Shown here in pieces: positions 10,598-19,967 of a DNA stretch of 64,000 bases. The translations under genes were made by a program, and so were the position numbers. The notes beneath the pieces were generated by a model that was not told the origin of the DNA, did not search any database, and saw only the letters and a list, made by a program, of their open reading frames with translations. The stretch lies in the sequence record SRR2962707_1739, one strand, 5' to 3'. Position 1 is the stretch's first letter, and every line of letters begins with the position of its first letter.

Positions 10598-11668
10598 GTG
10601 GTGTTTGAATGCTTTTCAATTCAAGCCCCGTCGGCGGCATTAGACGACGCACTGCAGCATAAAATTGATAATAAAACCAAACCGTTAGGTGCTTTAGGTA
10701 CGCTAGAAACATTGGCGTACCAGCTTGGTCGTATTCAGGGAACACTTCATATAGATGTTTCTAAACCCAAGATGATTGTGTTTGCTGCAGACCATGGTGT
10801 TGTGGCTCAGGGTGTCAGTTTGTTTCCTCAGGAAGTTACACCACAAATGGTGATGAACTTTTTGCATGGAGGGGCTGCTGTGAGCGTCTTTTGCGCACAG
10901 CACAATGTGCCGCTGCAAGTGGTGGATGTGGGTGTTAATGCGACATTAGAAGATCATCCGCTATTGAGCAAACGTAAAGTAGCCTTGGGTTCAAATGACT
11001 TTAGCCAAGAACCCGCGATGACAACACAAGCCCTGTCACAAGCGATTCAAGCCGGTGTTAGTGAAGTAGATACGGCGATTAATGACGGCGTTAATCTACT
11101 GATGTTCGGCGAAATGGGCATTGGGAACACTTGTGTTTCCTCTTGCATGATGAGTGCGCTAATGGGCATTGACCCGCTAGAGAGTGCAGGTCGTGGTACA
11201 GGACTGGACGCCTCTGGAGTGTCCAGAAAAGCACAGGTGATCGCTGCCTCATTACAACGTGCAGAGGCGCACACGGGGCAACCTGTGGCACAGTGGAATG
11301 CGCAGACATTGGCAGAGCAGGTCGGTGGTTTTGAAATCCTTGCTTTGGCTGGCGCTATGTTGCAATCAGCACAGCGTAAAACGGCGTTTGTGGTCGATGG
11401 CTTTATTTGCTCGGTCGCCTTGTTGTTTGCCCAAAAAGTGGCTCCTAATGTGAGTGAATACGCGATTTTTGCTCATCAATCGAATGAAAAAGCGCACAAA
11501 CTTTTATTAGCACACTTAAACGCGGACCCTATCTTGTCGTTGGATTTACGTTTAGGGGAAGGCTCAGGTGCGATTCTGTCTTATCCTTTAATTCAAAGCG
11601 CGGCGGTATTTTTAAATACTATGGCGAGTTTTGAAAGCGCAGGTGTGAGTGACGGTGACAATATTTAA
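10598..11668 (+). CDS. cobT: Nicotinate-nucleotide--dimethylbenzimidazole phosphoribosyltransferase
   Basis: KTKPLGALG, FAADHGV, GEMGIGNT, LRLGEGSGA. Confidence 0.95.
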   Translation: MVFECFSIQAPSAALDDALQHKIDNKTKPLGALGTLETLAYQLGRIQGTLHIDVSKPKMIVFAADHGVVAQGVSLFPQEVTPQMVMNFLHGGAAVSVFCAQHNVPLQVVDVGVNATLEDHPLLSKRKVALGSNDFSQEPAMTTQALSQAIQAGVSEVDTAINDGVNLLMFGEMGIGNTCVSSCMMSALMGIDPLESAGRGTGLDASGVSRKAQVIAASLQRAEAHTGQPVAQWNAQTLAEQVGGFEILALAGAMLQSAQRKTAFVVDGFICSVALLFAQKVAPNVSEYAIFAHQSNEKAHKLLLAHLNADPILSLDLRLGEGSGAILSYPLIQSAAVFLNTMASFESAGVSDGDNI

Positions 11669-12431
11669 CCCTCATTGGCAAGGCTTCAAACGCAGCCTTG
11701 TTACTTATACTCGGATTCCGCTAACGGTGGATTGGGACGACACGATAAAGCACACCCCAGCGGTGTGCTTTTTACCTTGGGTCGGCATTGTTGTTGCGCT
11801 ATTGAGTGCTTGGCCATTATGGTTTGAAGGCTTGCCTGCGACTATTCAAGCTATTTTTATGTTGCTAACCGCGGTATTGCTGACTGGCGGCTTCCATGAA
11901 GATGGTCTGATGGACGCTTGTGATGGTCTGGTCGGCGGTTGGGATAAAGAACAACGCTTGAAGATCATGAAAGACTCTAGGATTGGCAGTTATGCCGCCT
12001 TGTCGATTTGGTTTGCTCTGATGCTGAAATGGTTGTTGCTGACTCAGATACTACTAAGCTTTGCCTCTAATAGCGCTCATTATGGTTCTGCATTGATCGC
12101 GTGGATTGCGGTGCATAGCGTATCTCGTATTACGCCTTTGGTGGTTATGAATACGATGGAGTATGTGTCCGCTGGTGGCAGTAAAGCCTCTAGCATGATC
12201 GCAAGGTTAGACGCGCCACAATGGGGCGTGGCCTTACTGCCTTGTGTATTGCTCCTGTTATTAGACTTTTCCTACCTCATTAAAGCAGTGCTTGTATTGG
12301 CGTTGTTTACGTTTGGCGCACGACGCTACCTAAGAAAACGCATCGATGGCTATAATGGTGACGCATTGGGGGCGGTAGAGCAGATAAGCGAAGTGTTATT
12401 GCTGTTGTGCTTTATGGATGCCTTAGCATGA
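11649..12431 (+). CDS. cobS: Adenosylcobinamide-GDP ribazoletransferase
   Basis: TGGFHEDGLMDACDG, IMKDSRIGSY, GYNGDALGA. Confidence 0.95.
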   Translation: MTVTIFNPHWQGFKRSLVTYTRIPLTVDWDDTIKHTPAVCFLPWVGIVVALLSAWPLWFEGLPATIQAIFMLLTAVLLTGGFHEDGLMDACDGLVGGWDKEQRLKIMKDSRIGSYAALSIWFALMLKWLLLTQILLSFASNSAHYGSALIAWIAVHSVSRITPLVVMNTMEYVSAGGSKASSMIARLDAPQWGVALLPCVLLLLLDFSYLIKAVLVLALFTFGARRYLRKRIDGYNGDALGAVEQISEVLLLLCFMDALA

Positions 12432-13015
12432 AGCTGTATTTGGTTCGACATCCTCAGCCGGATGTCGAAAAAGGGCTTTGTTATGGGCAAACGGATGTGC
12501 CGCTTTGTAAAGGCTGGCCGGTTCATGCCGAAAAGCTAAAACAACACCTTGATCAGCGCATACAGCAAGATGACGCGACTTTTTTTCATAGCCCACTAGA
12601 GCGAGCTGCCAAACTTGGTGTGTTTATCAGTCAGGGTCAATCTCAAGCCAAAGACGCTCTTAAAGAGTTGGATTTTGGTTGTTGGGAAAATACCTTATGG
12701 CAAAGTATCCCCAGAGAGTCGATAGAATCGTGGTTTGAGGACATCCTTCATGCTACGCCTTATCAAGGAGAGTCACTTCAAGCATTAGCGGATCGAGTGT
12801 GGACGTGGTGGTTGTCGGTGAGAGAAGGCGCTGCCGAACACTTAATCCTTGTTACGCATGCCGGGGTGATTAAAGTGCTGGTTAGTTTGCTGTGTCAGTG
12901 GCCATTAGCGCAAGCGCATCGCATTGATGTGGGCTTTATGAGTGTGACAGAACTGTATATTCAAGATGATTATATTTCCTTGAAGCGTCTCGGCGCTGGT
13001 GATTGGGTCGTCTAA
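12428..13015 (+). CDS. cobC: Alpha-ribazole phosphatase (histidine phosphatase family)
   Basis: LVRHP, CYGQTD, ELDFGCWE, VTHAGVI; ATGA overlap with cobS stop. Confidence 0.85.
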   Translation: MKLYLVRHPQPDVEKGLCYGQTDVPLCKGWPVHAEKLKQHLDQRIQQDDATFFHSPLERAAKLGVFISQGQSQAKDALKELDFGCWENTLWQSIPRESIESWFEDILHATPYQGESLQALADRVWTWWLSVREGAAEHLILVTHAGVIKVLVSLLCQWPLAQAHRIDVGFMSVTELYIQDDYISLKRLGAGDWVV

Positions 13016-13058
13016 TTTCATCCAATAGAACGTGATTTGAACAGAGAAAAATTACACT

Positions 13059-13673
13059 ATGCTGTTATATATTTTAGGCATGATAGGCATTGCTGCGTTT
13101 GCGATTACTGGCGTGATCTCGTCTGGAAAGCGAGACATGGATCTTTTTAGCATTGTCCTTTTAGGCATGGTTACCTCATTGGGAGGAGGCACGATTCGAG
13201 ACACCATATTAGGGGTAGAAAGCGTGTATTGGGTGAAAGACACCTCTTATCTTTGGGTGGCATTTTTATCTTCTTTGTTTGCTTTTTTTGCGGTGCGCAT
13301 TATCGATGACAGGCAAAGGGTGTTTCATTACGCTGATGCGTTTGGCTTAGCCTTGTTTACTGTTGTTGCCACAGAGCGAGTGCTGACATTAGGGTTTTCA
13401 CCAACCATAGCGATTACCATGGGGGTCACTACTGGTGTGGCTGGCGGTATTATTCGTGATGTGCTGAGCAATCGACCGCCAATGGTATTGGGGCGTGAGT
13501 TTTATGCGACTCCAGCCTTTATCGGAGCCGTGCTGTTAGTGCTTCTTCAAAAAAACATACCTTCTCATGAATATAACTCGATTTACGCCGTCGCTCTGAT
13601 CTTTATACTCAGGTTGTTTGCTATTCATAAAGGCCTGTATTACCCCAGTTGGCTACTATATAAGAAGAGATAA
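13059..13673 (+). CDS. UPF0126/TRIC-family membrane protein
   Basis: Duplicated GGGTIRD / AGGIIRD motifs, DAFGLALF. Confidence 0.9.
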   Translation: MLLYILGMIGIAAFAITGVISSGKRDMDLFSIVLLGMVTSLGGGTIRDTILGVESVYWVKDTSYLWVAFLSSLFAFFAVRIIDDRQRVFHYADAFGLALFTVVATERVLTLGFSPTIAITMGVTTGVAGGIIRDVLSNRPPMVLGREFYATPAFIGAVLLVLLQKNIPSHEYNSIYAVALIFILRLFAIHKGLYYPSWLLYKKR

Positions 13674-13676
13674 TTC

Positions 13677-14276
13677 ATGACAGAACTTGATGCAAAACAA
13701 GAAGCGCGCTTATTAAAGAAAAAGGCTGTGGTTGATCAGCGTATCGCCGCCGCGACAGAAGAGCGTGGCGTCACCATTTTGTTAACCGGTACAGGCAAAG
13801 GCAAAAGTTCTAGTGCCTTTGGCACCATGGCAAGAGCGTTAGGACATGGCCATAAATGTGCTGTCATCCAGTTTATAAAAGGCCGTAAGGCGACCGGGGA
13901 GCAACTTTTCTTTGGCGAGCATCCTGGTGTGGATTTTCACGTTATGGGGCATGGCTTTAGCTGGGAAACCCGTAACCCAGAATTAGAAAAGCACGCGGCT
14001 GAGCAAGCTTGGGAATTGGCAAAACAAGTATTGTCTAATCCAGATATTCATTTTGTACTGCTGGATGAAATTACCTATATGTATAAATACGGCCATCTCG
14101 ATGAAGCAGACTTGCTGGCAGCATTGGCGGCGCGTCCAGCTCACCAAAATGTCATGATGACAGGTAGAACGGCCCCTAGAGCATTATTGGACAGTGTGGA
14201 TACCCACAGCAAGGTGGCGAATGAGCGCCATGCGTTTGCGAATGGTATAAAAGCACAAGCAGGCATTGAGTGGTAG
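13677..14276 (+). CDS. cobO: Cob(I)alamin/corrinoid adenosyltransferase (CobA/CobO/BtuR)
   Basis: TGTGKGKSSSAFG, QFIKG, LLDEI, HAFANGIKAQAGIEW. Confidence 0.93.
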   Translation: MTELDAKQEARLLKKKAVVDQRIAAATEERGVTILLTGTGKGKSSSAFGTMARALGHGHKCAVIQFIKGRKATGEQLFFGEHPGVDFHVMGHGFSWETRNPELEKHAAEQAWELAKQVLSNPDIHFVLLDEITYMYKYGHLDEADLLAALAARPAHQNVMMTGRTAPRALLDSVDTHSKVANERHAFANGIKAQAGIEW

Positions 14277-15331
14277 TTCGCATTGCGAGCTACAATACCG
14301 CATTAAGTCGACCTAATAGAGGCGATTTATTGGCTGCTCTAGAGTCTGGTCGTGATAAACAAGTGTTAGCCACGGTGGCGCTGTTGCAGCATATCCGAGC
14401 AGATATCATTTTACTGAACGAGGTAGACTTTGACCCAAGTGGTCGAGTCGTTGCCTTATTACAGCAAGCTCTTCGTCAACCAGCAAATAATGCGGCTTTG
14501 GATTACCCTTACGCATATTGCCAACCTGTTAATAGCGGGGAGCCTTCAGGACGTGATTTTGACAAAGACGGAATGGCCTCTGATCAGGGGAGTGACGCCT
14601 TAGGTTTTGGCCTGTTTCCAGGCCAGTATGGCATGGTGTTATTGTCGCGTTTCCCGATTGATAGCGCTTCGTCACGGACCTTTCAATCCTTCCTTTGGAA
14701 GGACATGCCTAATCCTTGTTTGCCCAAAAATGCTCAAGGTGATGCTTGGTTTGATTCAGCGGACCTTGCGGTATTGCCTTTGTCTTCAAAGTCTCATTGG
14801 GATGTGGCCATTAATATTGGGGGCAGGCGTCTTAGATGCTTGTGTTCACATCCAACGCCACCAGTGTTTGACGGTCCAGAAAGGCGCAATGCCTGCCGTA
14901 ATCACGATGAAATTCGTTTTTGGAGCGATTATTTATCCGCTGAGCCTTACTTTTACGATGATCAAGGAAGGCGAGGAGGGTTAGACCAAGAGGACTTTGT
15001 TTTGCTGGGGGATTTGAACGCTTCACCAGTGGAAGGGGACGCTTACCAACAAGCGATCAAGCGCTTATTACAACACCCCAGAATGGCACAATGTGCTTTT
15101 CCTGACAGCATCGGAGCCATTGCTCATAGTGCTAAGCTCGATAAAAACATCGCTAAACACCATACCGCTGTTTGGCGAATGCAAGCGGATTACGTACGAG
15201 TCAGCCACACACTCTCTCCCTCCTACCAGGCTGTATTTTGGCCTGCAAAAAAGCATAAAGCAGCGTCCTTGCTCACGGATACTTCAGATCATCGTCTTGT
15301 GTTTATTGACCTTCCTTTTGTAAAAAACTAA
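14270..15331 (+). CDS. Endonuclease/exonuclease/phosphatase (EEP) family hydrolase
   Basis: RIASYN, LLNEVD, SHPTPPVFDG, GDLNA, SDHRLV; GTG start overlaps cobO by 7 nt. Confidence 0.88.
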   Translation: MVVRIASYNTALSRPNRGDLLAALESGRDKQVLATVALLQHIRADIILLNEVDFDPSGRVVALLQQALRQPANNAALDYPYAYCQPVNSGEPSGRDFDKDGMASDQGSDALGFGLFPGQYGMVLLSRFPIDSASSRTFQSFLWKDMPNPCLPKNAQGDAWFDSADLAVLPLSSKSHWDVAINIGGRRLRCLCSHPTPPVFDGPERRNACRNHDEIRFWSDYLSAEPYFYDDQGRRGGLDQEDFVLLGDLNASPVEGDAYQQAIKRLLQHPRMAQCAFPDSIGAIAHSAKLDKNIAKHHTAVWRMQADYVRVSHTLSPSYQAVFWPAKKHKAASLLTDTSDHRLVFIDLPFVKN

Positions 15332-15334
15332 ATC

Positions 15335-15398
15335 AAATGAGATTTATTCTCAATATCGCTGGATTTCTTATAGTTTTTTAATGATAATGATTCTCGTT
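15335..15398. promoter_or_regulatory. Two Fur boxes
   Basis: TGAGATT-T-ATTCTCA (15338-15352) and AATGATAATGATTCTCGTT (15380-15398) match the 7-1-7 Fur consensus. Confidence 0.8.
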
Positions 15399-15451
15399 AC
15401 TTTGTTTTTCGACATTCATTACTATGAAAATCAACCGAAGTGGAGATGACT

Positions 15452-15895
15452 ATGCAGTACTGGGAAAAGTTAACAAGAGAAGCCAATCAAGCCTATTTCA
15501 AACATGCTTTTTCTGATGCGGTAGATCTGAACCGAGAGGCGCTGACACAAGTTGAAAGTGACTTCGATCGTGGTTTTTATCAGGACCCAGAATCGTATGT
15601 ATCCGCTGCTGTGGTTAGCCATTTAAATATCGCCGAAGCATTTGTTGCGTTGGGAGATTTTATTTCGGCTAATTTACAGTATGAAAACGCCACTAATTTC
15701 TTACAAGCTATTTTGATTCGCCCTGATTTAGAGTGTGAACAGCGTGATTTGATTATGCGTACCGCGACTCATATACGTTTCGAATGGGATCTTTTTAGTC
15801 AAAGCCATAGTGCGAACTTGAAGGAACAAAGCAAGGTATTGATGCAGGCTATTACGCATGCGGTATCGTATTCAACAGCGGTTGTACATCACTAG
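15452..15895 (+). CDS. Hypothetical all-helical, TPR-like protein (possibly DUF2753-related), ending VVHH
   Basis: GGAG RBS before ATG 15452; helical repeat pattern (SHLNIAEAFVALGD). Confidence 0.7.
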   Translation: MQYWEKLTREANQAYFKHAFSDAVDLNREALTQVESDFDRGFYQDPESYVSAAVVSHLNIAEAFVALGDFISANLQYENATNFLQAILIRPDLECEQRDLIMRTATHIRFEWDLFSQSHSANLKEQSKVLMQAITHAVSYSTAVVHH

Positions 15896-15907
15896 GGTTG
15901 ATAGAGG

Positions 15908-16132
15908 ATGAAAAAAAAGACAGTCATAGCATGCTGGGTTCTGTTCGCAAGTGTTGTCAGTGGACGTTCTTTTGCTCAGGCAAACGAATGCGCTTCTTGG
16001 TTTACTGTTCATAATCTAGCGTTTGTCTTTGTGGGTCTTTTGCTCTTTGCCGGTGTGTATTACAAGCAATTTTTTATGCGACGAAAAAACAGACAGAAAG
16101 GACGTGTTCACCATGATGCATCAGATGATTAA
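15908..16132 (+). CDS. Small membrane protein: signal peptide, short ectodomain, TM, basic/His tail
   Basis: MKKK-hydrophobic-SFA/QA, second hydrophobic helix, RRKNRQK, HHDASDD; fills the gap and overlaps the sodN start. Confidence 0.55.
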   Translation: MKKKTVIACWVLFASVVSGRSFAQANECASWFTVHNLAFVFVGLLLFAGVYYKQFFMRRKNRQKGRVHHDASDD

Positions 16133-16616
16133 CCTGTTAGATAAAATGGTTCATTTTAAACAAGCTCAGGCGCATTGCGATATTCCTTGTAAAATTTACG
16201 ACCCATCTGGTGCTTTGTTGGCGGCATTGAGTTGTGTTCGTATGATTGACCTGATTCATGAAGTCGGTGATGGCACCAGTTTGTCCGTCTCTGATGTGGC
16301 GAAAATTTCACGCTTAGTGCAGGAAAAAGAAAAAACCTGTAGCGATGTAAAAGAAGAAATTCGAACCATTTGGGGAGATTATTTTAAGGCAGCGCAGTTT
16401 GAACAAGTACCGGATGTGCACACCATGGTTCACGATATCATGATGCAAGCCTCTAAGTGCAAGCAAGGAATCGACCGCTCTGACAGTGAAGCCTTGGTAG
16501 AAAAAATAAATCGATTTGCTGAAGCTTTCTGGCTAACAAAAGGAGTGAGTACTTACCGAGCGCCTTGCCCTTATCCGCCAGCATTAGAAACGGTTTACCC
16601 TAATTTAAAACCTTAA
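16113..16616 (+). CDS. sodN: Nickel superoxide dismutase precursor
   Basis: 20-aa leader then Ni-hook HCDIPCKIYDP at 16173; IWGDYFK; RBS aagga. Confidence 0.96.
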   Translation: MMHQMINLLDKMVHFKQAQAHCDIPCKIYDPSGALLAALSCVRMIDLIHEVGDGTSLSVSDVAKISRLVQEKEKTCSDVKEEIRTIWGDYFKAAQFEQVPDVHTMVHDIMMQASKCKQGIDRSDSEALVEKINRFAEAFWLTKGVSTYRAPCPYPPALETVYPNLKP

Positions 16617-16695
16617 ATAGCTCGCAGGTACATGCCTTTGATAGTGATTGCGCAGGCCTGCGTTTATTTGATCAATGTTTACACGGGGACGCTTT

Positions 16696-17022
16696 ATGTT
16701 TCGTTTAATTAAAGTGCTGGGCAACAGCATGGTGCCACGGCTTTATGATGGCGACTTTGTTTTTACAAGCCGCTTTTACACGACGTTAAAAGTAGGGCAT
16801 CTTGTTGTTGTGGATCATGCCTTATACGGACTTATTCTTAAAAAAGTACTCCACATAGCCCCAGATGGACAACTTTGGCTAGGCGGAGAAAACAACCAAA
16901 GTATGCAGTCTGAACGCATTGGTTGGGTGTCATCAAGGCGAGTGGTCGGTAAAGTAGTCGCGTCTATTTGTGCTCATCGTCCTTCGGCTGCGGTTATTGA
17001 AGGGCAGAGTAGCGTCAAATAA
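16696..17022 (+). CDS. sodX: NiSOD maturation protease (S26-like)
   Basis: VLGNSMVPRLYDGD, LILKKV, LGGEN; directly after sodN. Confidence 0.88.
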   Translation: MFRLIKVLGNSMVPRLYDGDFVFTSRFYTTLKVGHLVVVDHALYGLILKKVLHIAPDGQLWLGGENNQSMQSERIGWVSSRRVVGKVVASICAHRPSAAVIEGQSSVK

Positions 17023-17157
17023 GTGTACAGAAAAAAAGACACTTTTTAGAAAAGAGTAAAAACAGAGTATGGCTCAACAGTTGGTCTTCGGGCTGTGTTT
17101 CTCTAAAATTTGCTTATCCGTTATGCGAATTTTAATGTCTAATTTGAAGAGAAACTT

Positions 17158-17775
17158 ATGTCTACTAGTGCAACAATACCTAAACGCCATACTCGAATAG
17201 AAGATATTCAGGCGCTTGTTATTGGTACCCTTATTATTGCCTTAGGGGTGAATTTTTTCACTCAAGCGGGGTTGTTGACCGGTGGTACCGCTGGCATGGC
17301 ATTTCTACTGCAATACACAACCTCACTGACTTTTGGTGAAGCCTTCTTTTTAGTCAATATACCGTTTTATCTATTAGCAATGAAATACATGGGGTGGGAA
17401 TTTACGCTTAAAACGTTTTCCGCTGTGTTTTGTGTTTCGCTTTTTTCCGATCTGACTCCCAGGTTTATTTCGTTAAACAGCATTGAGCCCATTTATGCGG
17501 CATTGGCTGGTGGTTTTCTGATGGGCGTGGGCTTTTTGATGTTATTCAGACACAACGCCAGTTTAGGTGGTATCAATATTTTGGCACGCTACATCGCGGA
17601 AAAGTATGGTATCTCGTTTGGTAAATTTCAGATGGCCGTGGATTGCACCATAGTGACCTTGTCTATTTTTGTGGTGGACATCTACTTGATTGCGATCTCA
17701 ATTATCGGCGCCATTGCATTGAATATCATTCTGGCAGTCAACCATAAGCCTGGACGTTACATGGGCAATATCTAA
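17158..17775 (+). CDS. YitT family membrane protein
   Basis: LLTGGTAG, VNIPFY, HNASLGGINILA, NHKPGRY. Confidence 0.9.
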   Translation: MSTSATIPKRHTRIEDIQALVIGTLIIALGVNFFTQAGLLTGGTAGMAFLLQYTTSLTFGEAFFLVNIPFYLLAMKYMGWEFTLKTFSAVFCVSLFSDLTPRFISLNSIEPIYAALAGGFLMGVGFLMLFRHNASLGGINILARYIAEKYGISFGKFQMAVDCTIVTLSIFVVDIYLIAISIIGAIALNIILAVNHKPGRYMGNI

Positions 17776-17790
17776 TCAAATTACAGTGTT

Positions 17791-17825
17791 AAAAAATACG
17801 GCGGCCTATGGTCGCCGTATTTTTT
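17791..17825 (+). terminator. Intrinsic terminator (bidirectional shape)
   Basis: aaaaaatacggcggcc-tat-ggtcgccgtatttttt. Confidence 0.85.
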
Positions 17826-17918
17826 GGGGAGCAGTGCATTCGCTTGATGTAACGCCATTTCTAATGCCGACAGGCTCAGGTATCATAGCAACTTATAGAT
17901 TAAAGAAGGATACACGGT

Positions 17919-18449
17919 TTGGAGCTACTCAAAGTAGATGACCTCAACCCTTACCTGAATGACCTAGTTGAATTGCTTTGTGATGCGGTTGACTCAGGTG
18001 CTCCTATTGGCTTCTTACCACCACTGAGTGAGCCGGAAGCGAAAGCTTATTGGCTGTCAATCAATGAAGAATTACAGGTCAATTCTCGGCAGGTGTTATT
18101 GGTTCGAGAAGAAGACAAAATTGTTGGCAGTGTACAGATAGCCATGTCTCCGAAGGCCAATGCATTGCACCGCTGTGATGTGGAAAAATTAATGGTACAC
18201 ACAGAGGCCCGAGAAAATGGCCTTGGTAGCATTTTAATGCAGGGCGTTGAGCGTGTTGCTGCCTCGATGCAAAGACAGCTGTTAATATTAGAAGTAAGAA
18301 GCGATGATATCGCCCATGACATGTATGTTAAATTAGGTTTTACACCGTTTGGTGAAGTGCCAAATTACACACGAAGTGCCAATGGTGCGTTACACAATTC
18401 CACTTTTTTCTTTAAAGAAATAGAGTTAACTCACGAAGTTTTCTCTTAA
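17919..18449 (+). CDS. GNAT N-acetyltransferase
   Basis: VEKLMVHTEARENGLG acetyl-CoA motif; TTG start after aagga. Confidence 0.88.
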   Translation: MELLKVDDLNPYLNDLVELLCDAVDSGAPIGFLPPLSEPEAKAYWLSINEELQVNSRQVLLVREEDKIVGSVQIAMSPKANALHRCDVEKLMVHTEARENGLGSILMQGVERVAASMQRQLLILEVRSDDIAHDMYVKLGFTPFGEVPNYTRSANGALHNSTFFFKEIELTHEVFS

Positions 18450-18480
18450 ATTGATCGATTAGGCACAGGCGAATCCCCCT

Positions 18481-19170
18481 TTGAGACTAGATTTTTATTT
18501 ATCCCATGTGACAGACCTTGCTCGCAAGGCATCAAAAATAGCGGCATCAAAAGGCCGTGTCACAGTGAATGGCGAGATCATTAAGAAAGCAAATTATACG
18601 GTACAAGAAACAGACGTTATTTGTTTAGATGATGAACGCCTAGCATGGCCATCTGAAGGCTACTATTTGTTTCATAAACCTGCAGGTTATGTTTGTGCAA
18701 CCGAAGATGCCGAGCACCCAATCGTGGTGGACTTATTGCCTTCTCACCTTGGCCAAAGCTTAAAAGTGGTTGGACGCTTGGATAAAGACACCACAGGATT
18801 ATTGCTATTAACCACCGATGGACAATGGCTACACCGAATTACTTCTCCTAAAAAAGCGTGCAGTAAACGTTATCAAATGACGCTAGTCGATAGCATTGAT
18901 GATGCCGCTCTGGAGCAGCTTGAAAAAGGGGTATTGCTCAATGGCGAGTCCCAACTTACTTTGCCTGCGGTGGCGGAGCGTATTTCGGATAAAGAAATAT
19001 ACTTAACCATTCAAGAAGGTAAATATCATCAAGTGAAGCGCATGCTGGCGGCGGTTGGCAATAAAGTAGTCACGCTGCATCGAGACCAAATTGGTGATCT
19101 AGTATTAGATAGCGCGCTGGCTCCAGGTGAGTTTAGAGCGTTAACCGAAGACGAAGTTGGCTATTTCTAG
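18481..19170 (+). CDS. rsuA: 16S rRNA pseudouridine-516 synthase
   Basis: S4 domain, VGRLDKDTTGLLLLTTDG, EGKYHQVKRM. Confidence 0.9.
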   Translation: MRLDFYLSHVTDLARKASKIAASKGRVTVNGEIIKKANYTVQETDVICLDDERLAWPSEGYYLFHKPAGYVCATEDAEHPIVVDLLPSHLGQSLKVVGRLDKDTTGLLLLTTDGQWLHRITSPKKACSKRYQMTLVDSIDDAALEQLEKGVLLNGESQLTLPAVAERISDKEIYLTIQEGKYHQVKRMLAAVGNKVVTLHRDQIGDLVLDSALAPGEFRALTEDEVGYF

Positions 19171-19213
19171 ATAACATGATCGTACTTTAGCGACGACAAA
19201 CGAGAGAACATAT

Positions 19214-19591
19214 ATGACTACTGAATTGTCTATGGATGAGCGCGTCCAATTATTGATTGCACCAGATAGTGAGCGTTTAGCCTACTTTGTTGAAAAAGTA
19301 AAAGAAACTCAAACCGTATGGAGTTTGAGCAACGAAGAAGGCTTTGTGATGGTTGAAACCGACGAAGGCGATTGTGTCATGGTTTGGCCTGATGCAGAGT
19401 TTGCAAGCCAGTGGGCGGTTGATGACTGGGATGATTGCGAGCCTGTTGCGGTTGAAATGGCTTCTTTTATGACGGAATGGTTGCCAAGTTTAGCCATGGA
19501 TAAAATTACTATTGCTGTCTTTCCAAATATTGAAGACGAAGGGAAATTGTCTTCAGCAGATGACTTGAAAGCGCTTTTGTCTGAAGCTTAA
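19214..19591 (+). CDS. DUF2750 family protein
   Basis: Acidic; VWSL, VWPDAEFA, WDDCEP, EWLPSL pattern. Confidence 0.75.
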   Translation: MTTELSMDERVQLLIAPDSERLAYFVEKVKETQTVWSLSNEEGFVMVETDEGDCVMVWPDAEFASQWAVDDWDDCEPVAVEMASFMTEWLPSLAMDKITIAVFPNIEDEGKLSSADDLKALLSEA

Positions 19592-19967
19592 GTGTCTTTT
19601 TTCTAGGGATGGTATCGCTGAGCAACAAACCCAAATAGGGTTTGTGGCTTGTTATATCAGAGTTGGACGCGAGCAAGCTTTTTGGTGTCGTATTTTTTTA
19701 TGCCGCTGAAAGACAAAACGCTTGTTCGGGCTCCCTAATAATCCGGCATAGATCTGGCTTGTTCAGGGGGGTTATTAAACAACTTAGCCTTGTTGTATTA
19801 CTAAGCTGTATTACTGGATTTCTTTGATATAACCTCAGTGAATTTATTGCTTGAATATAAATTCGCTTCTCGCCTCAGCGTCTCCCATTGTGCATAATAT
19901 TCGTTTCCCCTTTTAAGTAAGCGATAGTTTACAGATATTGATTGTATGATAAGGATGTAATCAAATA

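Noticed and set aside
10560-10600. Cobalamin riboswitch before cobT (also checked before bluB, 28793-28910)
   Set aside because: Only 8 nt before cobT, and no B12-box-like sequence recognised at either site
19600-19870. Repeated gcttgtt and tgtattact words upstream of the TetR gene, and ORF 19642-19827
   Set aside because: Short and irregularly spaced; ORF has no RBS or recognisable features
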